In this document: positions 51,177 through 60,883 of the stretch, piece by piece
Layout: each line of letters starts with the position of its first letter
How positions within the stretch are numbered: the first letter of the stretch is position 1
NCBI GenBank assembly: GCA_937625935.1
Contig: OW569380.1
Location: forward strand, 186,001 to 250,000
Length of the DNA: 64,000 bases
Source of the DNA: Tetramitus jugosus
Taxonomy: Eukaryota > Protista > Heterolobosea
Direction: 5' to 3'
The notes under the pieces: generated by a model
What the model was told of the DNA's origin: nothing
Seen by the model: the letters and a program-made list of their open reading frames with translations, nothing else
Database searches by the model: none
Position numbers and translations under genes: made by a program

Positions 51177-52556
51177 ATGGCGCCAAGTTTGAAAGACACA
51201 AGCTCTACGGCAAGTAGTGGTAGCAATCACTCTAACAGTGGTGATGCCACGACTCAAAAGACCTTGAACGTGAATGAACACACTGTACAGGAAGAAGAGG
51301 AGACTCACTACCTGCCATTTGTTCTCTTTAGCATCATGATGCTAATCACAATTGTCGTTATTCTCCTGTCAGGATACATCCTAAAGGTCAGTGTGCTTCA
51401 TCGTGTTCTCACTCGAGAGTACTCACAGGGTGAATTGTTGAACGTTGGTGGAGCTACTACAACCACAACTATGCTATTACCTGTGCACAAGAAGAATCAA
51501 TTGGTCAAGAGAAAGGATAACAAGAACAACAACAAGATTGGTGATCGAAGGATCGATTTGTACGTTAGTAACTTCCCTGCTTCCGTCTCCAATATCAACG
51601 TTTACACGTTGAATGCTCTCCCAACACAATTTGTGTCATTGTCGTGGAACTACACTGTGGAGGGTTCTATGGCAAGAGAGCTACAGACAGGATCTGTGGG
51701 TAGAATGGTGTTGAACAAGAACAGGTTTGCGATCAGAAACAACACCAAGTTAAATGTAAAATACAATGTACAGCAAGAAACAGAGAACTGCTCGTCATGT
51801 CGAGTTCGGTTAACTGCCACAAAGTTTGGCGCCAATGAAGAGGATGAAGAACAAACGTTTGGTTCCTCACCATCAACTGACAGCTCTAAAGCTTTAGTGT
51901 TGGTCTCTGAGAACTTGACTCCGTCTCAGGATGGATCACTCAATTTTGAGCTCTATTGGAGTGGAGAAGATGATCAGAGCACAGAACGGTACTTTGAGTT
52001 TGCAGTAGAATACGAAAACTATGATCCAAATGCATCTAGATTGAATCAGCTAGATATGGAGTTGCACTTTGAGATTCCTTCACTGGCGATTCCTACCCAA
52101 TACTCGAAAAAGTATGAGAATGTGAACTCTCAAACAAGAATCGAATATTGCAAGTTCATGCTCATTGAATATCAATTTGCGAGTGACTCGAAGCACATCC
52201 CTTCATTGGAGGGAAAGATCAAGTACATGAAACTGGCTGCAGAGTCGAGACTAGGAATTGTAGGCGCAATCTGTTTAGTGGTTGCTTGCATCGTTGCAGA
52301 CATGCTTGTTATGATTGGATACTGCTGTTGCTGTTGCTGGAACAGGATTGGCGACAACGAAGAACAAGATGAACTCCCTCTATTCCCAGCTGCAGATTCA
52401 CCACAGCCAGATCAGAGCAAGGACAAGCCATCCGAAGCTGACTCTTTGCTGCGATCTCCAAAGAAGCACAAGAACAACAAACCAACGACAGAATACTACA
52501 CGTGTTCCATCAATCCAGATCAAGTTTTGCTCACAAAGGCCGACAAGCAAGTCTGA
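51177..52556 (+). CDS. Two-TM membrane protein with a Cys5 juxtamembrane run
   Basis: Hydrophobic segments near both ends; YCCCCCW after the second TM. Confidence 0.7.
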   Translation: MAPSLKDTSSTASSGSNHSNSGDATTQKTLNVNEHTVQEEEETHYLPFVLFSIMMLITIVVILLSGYILKVSVLHRVLTREYSQGELLNVGGATTTTTMLLPVHKKNQLVKRKDNKNNNKIGDRRIDLYVSNFPASVSNINVYTLNALPTQFVSLSWNYTVEGSMARELQTGSVGRMVLNKNRFAIRNNTKLNVKYNVQQETENCSSCRVRLTATKFGANEEDEEQTFGSSPSTDSSKALVLVSENLTPSQDGSLNFELYWSGEDDQSTERYFEFAVEYENYDPNASRLNQLDMELHFEIPSLAIPTQYSKKYENVNSQTRIEYCKFMLIEYQFASDSKHIPSLEGKIKYMKLAAESRLGIVGAICLVVACIVADMLVMIGYCCCCCWNRIGDNEEQDELPLFPAADSPQPDQSKDKPSEADSLLRSPKKHKNNKPTTEYYTCSINPDQVLLTKADKQV

Positions 52557-52730
52557 GCTACTGCTGTCCTTTTATTTTACCTTACATTTTTGCATAAATT
52601 ATTGTTTCATTTCAAATGTCACTCGATTGCTCGGACGCGAAAAGTTCCATCTCGCTCATTTTCACACAGAAAAAAACAACCTTTGTTCTTTCTCTCGAAA
52701 AACAAACAACAACAAACAACCAACAACAAA

Positions 52731-53540
52731 ATGAGTTCACCAAGCCTCAGCAAGATTCAACAAGAACACATGGATCAGTGGACATCCACTCGATTGAGGA
52801 GTTTGAGCAGTGGAACTCCTCCTCCCGTTTCCACCTTACAAAATTATCGGACTAAACAATTACCCGCCGAAACTACGGAAGAAGAAAATTCGCCGCCATT
52901 CATCATTGGCATTTGTGGCGGCAGCGCCAGTGGAAAAACTACGGTGTGTCGGGAAATTATCGACACGTTGTCTCACAAGCGTGTGGTAACCATCTCTCAA
53001 GACTCATTCTACAGAAATTTGACAGAGGAGGAGAATGAGAGAGCTTTTGCTTCTGATTTCAACTTTGATTCGCCAGATGCCTTTGATTATGAAGCTTTTG
53101 AGCAAGTCGTGTCAGAGCTAAAGAGTGGAAAACAGAATATTGATATTCCAGTCTATGATTTCAAGACCAATGCGCGAGTGGATGGAGAGTCGTATCAGTT
53201 GCCTTCTGCCGACGTGATTTTAATTGAGGGAATTCTCGTTTTTTATTCAAAGGCGTTGCGCGAATCCATGGACATGAAGATTTTTGTGGACACGGATCCC
53301 GATGTCAGTTTGGCCAGAAGAATCCGAAGAGATATCAAGGAACGTGGAAGAGATTTGGACGGAGTGTTGACACAGTACGAAAGGTTTGTGAAGCCATCCT
53401 ATGATGATTTTATTACTCCTACGAAGAAGTATGCCGATCTTATTATTCCAAGAGGTGGTGCGAATCGAGTGGCCATTGATCTCATTGCACAACATGTCAA
53501 GTTGAAGCTCAAGACAGAGGGAGATGCGTCATCCGAATAA
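52731..53540 (+). CDS. UCK: Uridine-cytidine kinase
   Basis: IIGICGGSASGKTT, SQDSFY, NFDSPDAFD, ILIEGIL, FVDTD.D..LARRI.RD..ERGR. Confidence 0.95.
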   Translation: MSSPSLSKIQQEHMDQWTSTRLRSLSSGTPPPVSTLQNYRTKQLPAETTEEENSPPFIIGICGGSASGKTTVCREIIDTLSHKRVVTISQDSFYRNLTEEENERAFASDFNFDSPDAFDYEAFEQVVSELKSGKQNIDIPVYDFKTNARVDGESYQLPSADVILIEGILVFYSKALRESMDMKIFVDTDPDVSLARRIRRDIKERGRDLDGVLTQYERFVKPSYDDFITPTKKYADLIIPRGGANRVAIDLIAQHVKLKLKTEGDASSE

Positions 53541-53625
53541 AACAGAATATTTTTCCCATGTGTGGGGAACAATATTGAACTGAAACTGAAACTGGATCGA
53601 TCGAGGTGTGAGAAGGTTGTGTATT

Positions 53626-55104
53626 TTACAACTTGCGTTTCTTGGAGAGTGTCTCTGGTTCTTCATCGCTGCTCTCATCCTCTGAGGACGATAGATCAAA
53701 GGTTATGGTTTTATCCTGTTCGATGCCTCGTCCCAGTTTCGGTATGAATGAGTTGTTGGACGATTGAACAATTTTGGAAGCAATCTCACGTGATAAGTTA
53801 GACAGTCCCTTTGTTTTAACGAGGGCTTTTTCAATGGCCTGCTCGCAGTTCTTTCGATTTTGTTCGAGAATGAGCTGAGCTCCTCGAGAATTGTTGCCTG
53901 TGCTAGAGATGTTATCGAGCATGGCGGCCACTATGGCTGGATTTCTCTTGGTCAGTTTCTTGGCTGTGGTTCTTCTTTGTGATTCAATCAGCATCTCACG
54001 TCTTCTGTGGAGCTTCGTGTTGATTTGAGGATCGATGAACACTTGAATATCTTCGGTATCGTAAGGAGCGAGAAATACGAGAGGCTTCGTGTACAGGCTC
54101 GCTTGCTGTGACATAATAGGTTTCACAAAAGATGTTCCACACAGCTCTAATCTCGAGCCACAAACATCATCTGATCTCTTAAGTACATGATGAGTGCAGT
54201 ATTTGCTCACATCGGTATCCACTGGTGAGTAGCACTTTAAAACATCGGCAAGAAACTTTTTGGCAACTGCAGGTTTCTTTGCCGATGATGAATTTGTTGA
54301 TACGAGTGAATCATAGGCCATCTTGTCCTCATATTCAGGTCCATATGTCACATGCTTACAGATTCCAAAGTTCGAGGCACGACCAATCAAATGCACTCTA
54401 TCTTGGAGATTCACTAAAAGTCCAATGGGAGCAATACTGACAACTGTTTGTGCTTTAACTTGTCTTATTCCATCATCTGGCTCTTGTTGTTCATTATCTT
54501 CATTGGAGAGCCCAGCAATTTTATTCGCCAGCTGATGTTCTTCGCATTTCAGCTTTCGTTTTAATACTTGTGGTGATTGCACGACAATGACCTGTCCAGG
54601 AACGATATCCTTCTTAATATCCTTTCGAACGAATAATATGGCTGGACAATCGCCCACCGACTCGGAAACTCTAAAAATCTTGTACTGTTCACTCGCCTTC
54701 TTGTTCCATGTGGCACATTGAGACTTGAAGCTCACAAAAGAATTGGTAGGCACAAACGTGGAGGATTGATTTGCACTCTGTGCTCCCTCCTTTGTCCGTT
54801 TCAGATGATTATTCTTGGCAGCAGACGCAGTCTTCGATTTCTGGGTTGCACTTGCACCACCTGGAGCAACTCGAATCTCTTCAATAATAACTACAGAGGT
54901 AGACCAGGGTTGTTTGTCCTTGACTACAGAGGATTTCACATTGGTCTTTGTTCGAACAACTTGAGTTTCCTCTTTGAAGACAGTGCTCAGATTCTTGTGG
55001 GGAAAATGTTCGGTTAGACTTTCTATTGAGATTGGAGGTTCATTAGGCAGAATATCCAAAGCCGAATAGGAGGGTGTTTCTTGTTGTTGTTCTTCAGTCT
55101 TCAT
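53626..55104 (-). CDS. MCM10: Replication factor MCM10-like
   Basis: OB-fold region then IGRASNFGICK...C..PVD...SKYCTHH...RLEL (MCM10 CCCH finger). Confidence 0.7.
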   Translation of the reverse strand: MKTEEQQQETPSYSALDILPNEPPISIESLTEHFPHKNLSTVFKEETQVVRTKTNVKSSVVKDKQPWSTSVVIIEEIRVAPGGASATQKSKTASAAKNNHLKRTKEGAQSANQSSTFVPTNSFVSFKSQCATWNKKASEQYKIFRVSESVGDCPAILFVRKDIKKDIVPGQVIVVQSPQVLKRKLKCEEHQLANKIAGLSNEDNEQQEPDDGIRQVKAQTVVSIAPIGLLVNLQDRVHLIGRASNFGICKHVTYGPEYEDKMAYDSLVSTNSSSAKKPAVAKKFLADVLKCYSPVDTDVSKYCTHHVLKRSDDVCGSRLELCGTSFVKPIMSQQASLYTKPLVFLAPYDTEDIQVFIDPQINTKLHRRREMLIESQRRTTAKKLTKRNPAIVAAMLDNISSTGNNSRGAQLILEQNRKNCEQAIEKALVKTKGLSNLSREIASKIVQSSNNSFIPKLGRGIEQDKTITFDLSSSEDESSDEEPETLSKKRKL

Positions 55105-57533
55105 TTTCTCATTTGAGTTTCTTCAACGTTATTTTTTTCTTTCAAAAAGGCGCCGTTTTTATAGTCCGCCCAATGAGGAATACACTCAGGTATCCAGTCG
55201 AGAAGCATAGCGGAGAGTACGAACACTTTCACTAAAATGTTCCGCGTCAGATAAGACACAGAAGTAGAAAAGAATGTAGGTTTCAGGTACTTGGAGATAG
55301 TTAGCCACCGTCGAAAAACACGAGGAAAAAAGAACGAAGAGTACTTACAGAGTATGTCGCTGAGAAAGTTTGTAAACTTGGATGTTCGGTAGGGCACCAT
55401 TGGCTGGTTCAGAGACTTCTTTGTATCAGAGAAACTATTTGTTCTCAAAGAGTGATTCAGTTTCTTGTGCAATGCTGATATCACTAGATTTAGTGAATCA
55501 AAGTTCTTCTGGGCGGTGGTAAACTCCCTTCGAGCTTCCCTTCCTTTCACATTTATCTGCATTTCTGAACTCGCAAGATCAATAAATGATACACTTCTTT
55601 GAGTGGTTAACAGAGTGACCGTGTTTGATATGTTTAGATGAATTGTTATGACCAAGGTCCGCTTCACATCAATCTTGCTTCCAAATAAAGCATCATATGT
55701 GTCGTTGTTCTGGGAATCTTTAAAGGGGTTCCTGTTTCTATGAATTGATTTCATGATTTTCCAAAACTCATCAAGGGTACTAAAGGTCTTTGAAGACAGA
55801 TGTTGTTTCAAGAGAGTGTTCTGAAACATTCGATTCTGGGGGGTGATAATATCTCTCAGTACCTCTCCTTTCAATTCCGCGCATTGTATCGAAAAATGGT
55901 ACTGAATAGTTTCTGTTTCTCGTCTGTTGAACAGTAGTTCCAAAACTTTTGGCAGTATGCCTCTCTCTGCATCTTCAGCTTCATTCAACAGAGTATATGT
56001 TTTTCCTGATGCCTTTTGACCGTAAGCAAAGAAGCATAGATTGTTCACATCTCCATGCACTAATCTCTCCACTATATCTCGAGCATCTTCCCATAAATCA
56101 TCCTGGTTGTTAGAAGGACCATACACACGATCGAACGAGAAGGTAGAGTACTCTGCATATCGAGAGGCCTGGATAGTATTATAATCGAGGAGACGTAGAC
56201 AGTTTTCGTGCACCTTTCGAGGAACTTTCATCCGCACATAGACAAACACTCTCTTGTCCAAAATCATTGGATGTTCGGTCTGTTCTGGAAACAGAATGTC
56301 TGATTGTTGTTCCTGGATGCTTACATCTTGTTCGAATGATGAAAAACCATAGACATTGTCACTTGACTTATCTGTCGAATTGATCCGCGCAACAACATTA
56401 TGGAATTCTTGAGAATAAAAATCTATCATATCCTGAAAGTCTTTTGTAAACTTACAGATATCATCTCGAACTCTCAAGTACATCTTCTTAATTGTTTCTT
56501 GTTCTTTCCTCACGATATGAATTTTTGATGCTAGAAGATCAGGACGAACATGTTCCATAGGCTCAGATTGAGAGTTTTGGTTTTGTTTTGATTCCAATGA
56601 TTGAATTCGTGTTGTTAATCCTTGCAAGGTCTCGCGGAGCCATACCTTCTCCATTCTATCATCCTCCGCCTTGTTTCGCATAGATTGAACTTTCTCAATG
56701 ACAAGAGCGTCTACTTCGTCTTCAGATAATGGAGCTACAATTCCATTATTTGAGTTCGGTGATTTTCCTCGAATAACCTTAACTAAATCACGAGTATCAG
56801 GCTGTTGTTCCTCAGTAAGCTGAGATATTTCAGAAGAAACAACTTCTGAAACAAGTTCCAAGGAGTCTTTTCCATATGTGTACGAGTTAGAGTCTACAGT
56901 TTCTATTCTTACTAGTAGATTATCGTTTTCCCGTCTTTCGTTCTTCTTTTCCGTGACCTCTCTTCTCAATGACTTCTCGATACTTCGAAATGTTTTTCTG
57001 CCCACTCGCTCCCTTACACGAAACAGTATCTCTAATTCATGATCAGTCAATACTTCTCCGTTCATATTTTTTCTGACAAGCTCTTTGAAATCTTTCTTAT
57101 CCATGTTGAAGTTTTGTGAAAGAACAGATCTTAACGATACACGCTCAGTTTTCTCTTCGCTGGTGGCAACAGAAGAAGAAGTTTGAGCTAAATCAAGAGA
57201 TTTTTCCTCTGAATCCAAGGGATTGTTTGGAGTAACAGTATTCAATACTTGTAACTGAGCGATATCGAGCTTTTCTGGGAGCTCGGTGCCAGTTTTCCCT
57301 AGTGATACAATGTTCATTGAGTTTGAATGACCAGAATCAATAGGAGGAAGATCAAAATCATCCATTAAGTCGTCAATGTTGCTTGCTATCATAATTTCAT
57401 CACAGTAAGAGCTACTACTTGGAGCATTGTTTCCTGGCCTTACCGCACTAGATGCACGACAACTATTCTCATTCTTGGAAGAGTGATTCTTGAAACCAGT
57501 GAAAAGTTTCTTCATTTTGAATTGTTGCATCAA
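55101..57533 (-). CDS. Divergent C-terminal-motor kinesin-like protein (exon boundaries uncertain)
   Basis: RVFVYVR, FSFDRVY, FAYGQKASGKTYT, GILP, FIDLASSE, VPYRTSKFT after coiled coil; probable intron near 55345. Confidence 0.8.
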   Translation of the reverse strand: MMQQFKMKKLFTGFKNHSSKNENSCRASSAVRPGNNAPSSSSYCDEIMIASNIDDLMDDFDLPPIDSGHSNSMNIVSLGKTGTELPEKLDIAQLQVLNTVTPNNPLDSEEKSLDLAQTSSSVATSEEKTERVSLRSVLSQNFNMDKKDFKELVRKNMNGEVLTDHELEILFRVRERVGRKTFRSIEKSLRREVTEKKNERRENDNLLVRIETVDSNSYTYGKDSLELVSEVVSSEISQLTEEQQPDTRDLVKVIRGKSPNSNNGIVAPLSEDEVDALVIEKVQSMRNKAEDDRMEKVWLRETLQGLTTRIQSLESKQNQNSQSEPMEHVRPDLLASKIHIVRKEQETIKKMYLRVRDDICKFTKDFQDMIDFYSQEFHNVVARINSTDKSSDNVYGFSSFEQDVSIQEQQSDILFPEQTEHPMILDKRVFVYVRMKVPRKVHENCLRLLDYNTIQASRYAEYSTFSFDRVYGPSNNQDDLWEDARDIVERLVHGDVNNLCFFAYGQKASGKTYTLLNEAEDAERGILPKVLELLFNRRETETIQYHFSIQCAELKGEVLRDIITPQNRMFQNTLLKQHLSSKTFSTLDEFWKIMKSIHRNRNPFKDSQNNDTYDALFGSKIDVKRTLVITIHLNISNTVTLLTTQRSVSFIDLASSEMQINVKGREARREFTTAQKNFDSLNLVISALHKKLNHSLRTNSFSDTKKSLNQPMVPYRTSKFTNFLSDILCKYSSFFFPRVFRRWLTISKYLKPTFFSTSVSYLTRNILVKVFVLSAMLLDWIPECIPHWADYKNGAFLKEKNNVEETQMRK

Positions 57534-57602
57534 ACAGGGAATTCTTTATCAATGATGCAATGTAATTTTTGCTCAACAGCGGCAATATTATGGCAGTTAC
57601 TG

Positions 57603-58724
57603 TCAGTTGAGTTGTTCAATTTGCTTGGTTCGATCTTGGTAAAGACAGTCCAAAATATGAAGCCTCCTCTGTTCTTTGGTTAATGATGGATCGCAGAGGT
57701 GTTTCTTTGGTTGAAGGTTTTTGTAACCTCCTTTCTTGGTATTCTTTGGGGAAGTAGTTGTTCTATATTGAGACACTAAAAGGTCATTCGCTACACTGGG
57801 TGCTGCTGGTGGTGTTAATCCCTCGAGAGATTGACGAAACTTTTGGCGATGAGGAAATACTTGCCGTATTGGCTTGGTTGTGCTCAGATATTGCTTTGTG
57901 AGATACTTTTGCGTCTCCAAGTAATCATTTGGATACCCAATAGTACTATTGTCAACAGGGTGAAGCAGGGAAGTACGCCGTGATTCCCTCTCGAAAACAA
58001 TATCATTCATGGTATTGTTGTTCGAATAGTGAATTACTGGATCAGGAGTGCCACTAAAGTCTCTCAGATTGGATCGATCGGACATGAAGCGAGATGATGT
58101 GGGTTGGAAGAAATTGTGAATCACAGGAGATGGGTGAATGTTCTGACTCTCTTTTTGATCAGAGGAGCAGGATTGTTTTGGTTCGGATGATACTGATCGA
58201 GCACTTCTTCTGCCCTTTGGACGTTCGAGTGTCACCTCCTTATTGTCCAGTACCATAGTTGAGGAAGGATGTTCTTCCTCAACTTGAAAGTCAATCAGGG
58301 CTCTCAAGTTTGCTCTGATGATTCCTACAGAAAGACCTTCTCCACATTGTGCGCTTTTTCTTTCTCTGGTCTGTATGGCGAGGTACAATTCCTTCCATTT
58401 GTTGTTGAGAGATTTCACTTCCTTCTCCAACAAATCTCGATTGAAGGGATTACTAATCGCTCTTACCTGGGCTTTTGTTTTCTTCATCTTTTCCTTCTGT
58501 CTGGCCAGTATCGTTCGTCGTTGTACTCTAATGTTGGTGGGATCTCTAGCTTTCACATCCATCGGAGCACTGTTTGCGAGAACGAGCTGACCAAACAGAG
58601 CAACACTGTTCAAACACGTTCCTTTTGAGTTGGTGTGACTCTCTGATACCATCCTTTCAATCTTACTTGTAGTAGTTGGTTGATTAACCGATCTCGCGTC
58701 ATCAGATTCTTCTTCCGATATCAT
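57603..58724 (-). CDS. Hypothetical protein; possibly the 5' exon of the kinesin-like gene
   Basis: 373-aa ATG ORF ending only about 70 bp from the next ORF on the same strand. Confidence 0.55.
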   Translation of the reverse strand: MISEEESDDARSVNQPTTTSKIERMVSESHTNSKGTCLNSVALFGQLVLANSAPMDVKARDPTNIRVQRRTILARQKEKMKKTKAQVRAISNPFNRDLLEKEVKSLNNKWKELYLAIQTRERKSAQCGEGLSVGIIRANLRALIDFQVEEEHPSSTMVLDNKEVTLERPKGRRSARSVSSEPKQSCSSDQKESQNIHPSPVIHNFFQPTSSRFMSDRSNLRDFSGTPDPVIHYSNNNTMNDIVFERESRRTSLLHPVDNSTIGYPNDYLETQKYLTKQYLSTTKPIRQVFPHRQKFRQSLEGLTPPAAPSVANDLLVSQYRTTTSPKNTKKGGYKNLQPKKHLCDPSLTKEQRRLHILDCLYQDRTKQIEQLN

Positions 58725-58883
58725 GTATCGATCAATGGGTGTCTCTCAAAAACTAACTCGAATCAATCAGTATGTTCAGAAATTGAGATAATGTTTCCAA
58801 ATTTTTGATATCGATTATTGCAAGCAGGCTGCGAAGCGGGTAACATTTGACACACGTCAGTATGTGATCTCATAACCTATCAT

Positions 58884-60614
58884 TTATTTTTTCAGTCGCT
58901 GTAAAAGCAGAAAACCGGTCACACTCACCAGAACTACGACTGAACCAATAATTTGATAGATGTTGCAAATCCACTCATTCAGCAAAAATCCGGCAAAAAT
59001 AATAGCACTCACAAGACGTAGAGCTAACATACTTCCTGCGTTGGCAGCTCCTAAGACTTGCATTCCGATGAAAGAACACTGTGACGCTACCAGAGTAACC
59101 AGAACGCCAGTCATCGAAAAAATCACCCAGTCCACGGGTTTCAAATACAACCACCGACTCCAGTCTTCGATAAGTATACTTGGAAGCAACAGGAAGCATG
59201 GAATAGCAATCATTTGTGAATAGAAAAAGGCTTCAGCACCAAATGGATTAGTTTTGAGCCATAGCGACTTCTTTTCCTTTTGAGCATCTTCTTGTGTGTC
59301 CATTGGTGCGTCTGTTTGTTGGTCAGAGTATTCACTCAGAGAAACACTCGACAAACTTGGCTCCAATGGATTATTTCTCTCCTTCTCTCTTATTTTCCGA
59401 CGGAAATCGACTGCCATTGCACCAACCTTGACAGTAATGTTCATGCATGCCAATGCAACAGTTGATCCAAGTGATAAACAGATTCCTAGTATGTCATAAA
59501 CGGAGAAAGTTTTCGATAGAGCAGCCAAGTCGATTGTCCAATAAAATGTATAACCGCTTGATTCCTCAATTCCACTGCCATTAAGCGCACGAATTTCATC
59601 ATATCCTAACGAAATGCTATCAAAGCCACTAATACTACTAAATGAGAGAGCACTGCCGTTGTTGACACTGGGAAGCTTAGGAGTATTGAAACTGCCCAAC
59701 ACCACTAACACACCTCCACCCACAATCGCTGCGAGAGCAACTAATGAAATGATTGTAATCTTTTCCTTCAAAATCGGATATCCAAGGATCAATATCATAA
59801 ACGGCAAAACCAACATGACCAATTGTGAAATGGTAGAACTGGTGAATCTGGTAGAATAAAAGGCACCGACGACTCTTGCTGTCACGAGAACAGCAAAAAC
59901 AAAAAAGAGCCAACCATGAACAATCACTCTCGGATTCTTCCAAACCTTCAATAAAAAGTACGTCTTTTCATCATCGTTTTCGTCGTCTTCGCCTTCTCCT
60001 CCACCACTTTCATCATTCGAATTCGTTACTGCGTTACTCTTCAATTCTCTCCGTAAATTACCATCCTTGTACTCATCTTCATTATTGAGCAATTCGTTCA
60101 TTTCAAATACTCGACTATCCACCTGTTTCATCGATAAAGTACTACTACTCCCATCATTATCACCCTCATTATTCAAACTCTGTACAGAACTACTCAAACT
60201 GCTCGTACTCTGCAAAGATTGCATTTTTCGCTGCCTTCTCTGTTTTTGTTGCCTATACTGAACCCATATTCGATAAAATAAATAAAAAGTTCTCGGCGAG
60301 TACAATATCAATGATAAAACATGTGCATTGATCAGTACAGAAAGTGCCGGAAGCTTTGATTTTCGTTGGAGGTACCGTGAGAGAACAACATCCAATCCAA
60401 ATGTCAAATGCGCAATGCAGTTGGCCAATAGACCAAACAAGAACACACGCGTAGTCATTCCACCATTTCCAGTACCAGTGCCAGTTGTAGTCGTAGATTT
60501 TGGTTCGATCGGCGTTTCATTTTCGTCCAAATTTAAATCTTGTTCAACAACAACATGTTCATTCAAGTTCTCAAAGTTGCTGTTGTTGTCCACAAAATCA
60601 GCAGACTTGGTCAT
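58884..60614 (-). CDS. DMT/EamA-family transporter
   Basis: About 10 TM segments in two repeats; ILGYPILKEKI..AAIVGGGVLVV and AGFLLNEW..YQIIGSVVVL. Confidence 0.8.
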   Translation of the reverse strand: MTKSADFVDNNSNFENLNEHVVVEQDLNLDENETPIEPKSTTTTGTGTGNGGMTTRVFLFGLLANCIAHLTFGLDVVLSRYLQRKSKLPALSVLINAHVLSLILYSPRTFYLFYRIWVQYRQQKQRRQRKMQSLQSTSSLSSSVQSLNNEGDNDGSSSTLSMKQVDSRVFEMNELLNNEDEYKDGNLRRELKSNAVTNSNDESGGGEGEDDENDDEKTYFLLKVWKNPRVIVHGWLFFVFAVLVTARVVGAFYSTRFTSSTISQLVMLVLPFMILILGYPILKEKITIISLVALAAIVGGGVLVVLGSFNTPKLPSVNNGSALSFSSISGFDSISLGYDEIRALNGSGIEESSGYTFYWTIDLAALSKTFSVYDILGICLSLGSTVALACMNITVKVGAMAVDFRRKIREKERNNPLEPSLSSVSLSEYSDQQTDAPMDTQEDAQKEKKSLWLKTNPFGAEAFFYSQMIAIPCFLLLPSILIEDWSRWLYLKPVDWVIFSMTGVLVTLVASQCSFIGMQVLGAANAGSMLALRLVSAIIFAGFLLNEWICNIYQIIGSVVVLVSVTGFLLLQRLKK

Positions 60615-60883
60615 CTCTCAACAAAGTAGCTTTGGTGTTTGTGAGCAAAAACAACTGTTTTGAGGCAAAAGAGCTCGATTTGTGCGCTTCAATGAAGAAA
60701 CAGCGGAGGAACGGATGTTTCAACGAAGAGGATGAACAAGGACTTGAACCGTTTGCTTAGGAGAATTTTTGATTTGCCTAATGCGAACATCGAGGGCGAC
60801 GTGAGAGTGATGGAAGATTGTCGCGCCAATCGGTTGATCGAACTTGAGCTGGAAGCTCGTTGGACAGATAACTTTTGCAAAAC

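Noticed and set aside
55101-55104. ATGA overlap between kinesin-like ORF and MCM10, suggesting operon-like coupling
   Set aside because: The kinesin ORF tail probably reads through an intron (GTAAGT near 55345), so its true stop is uncertain
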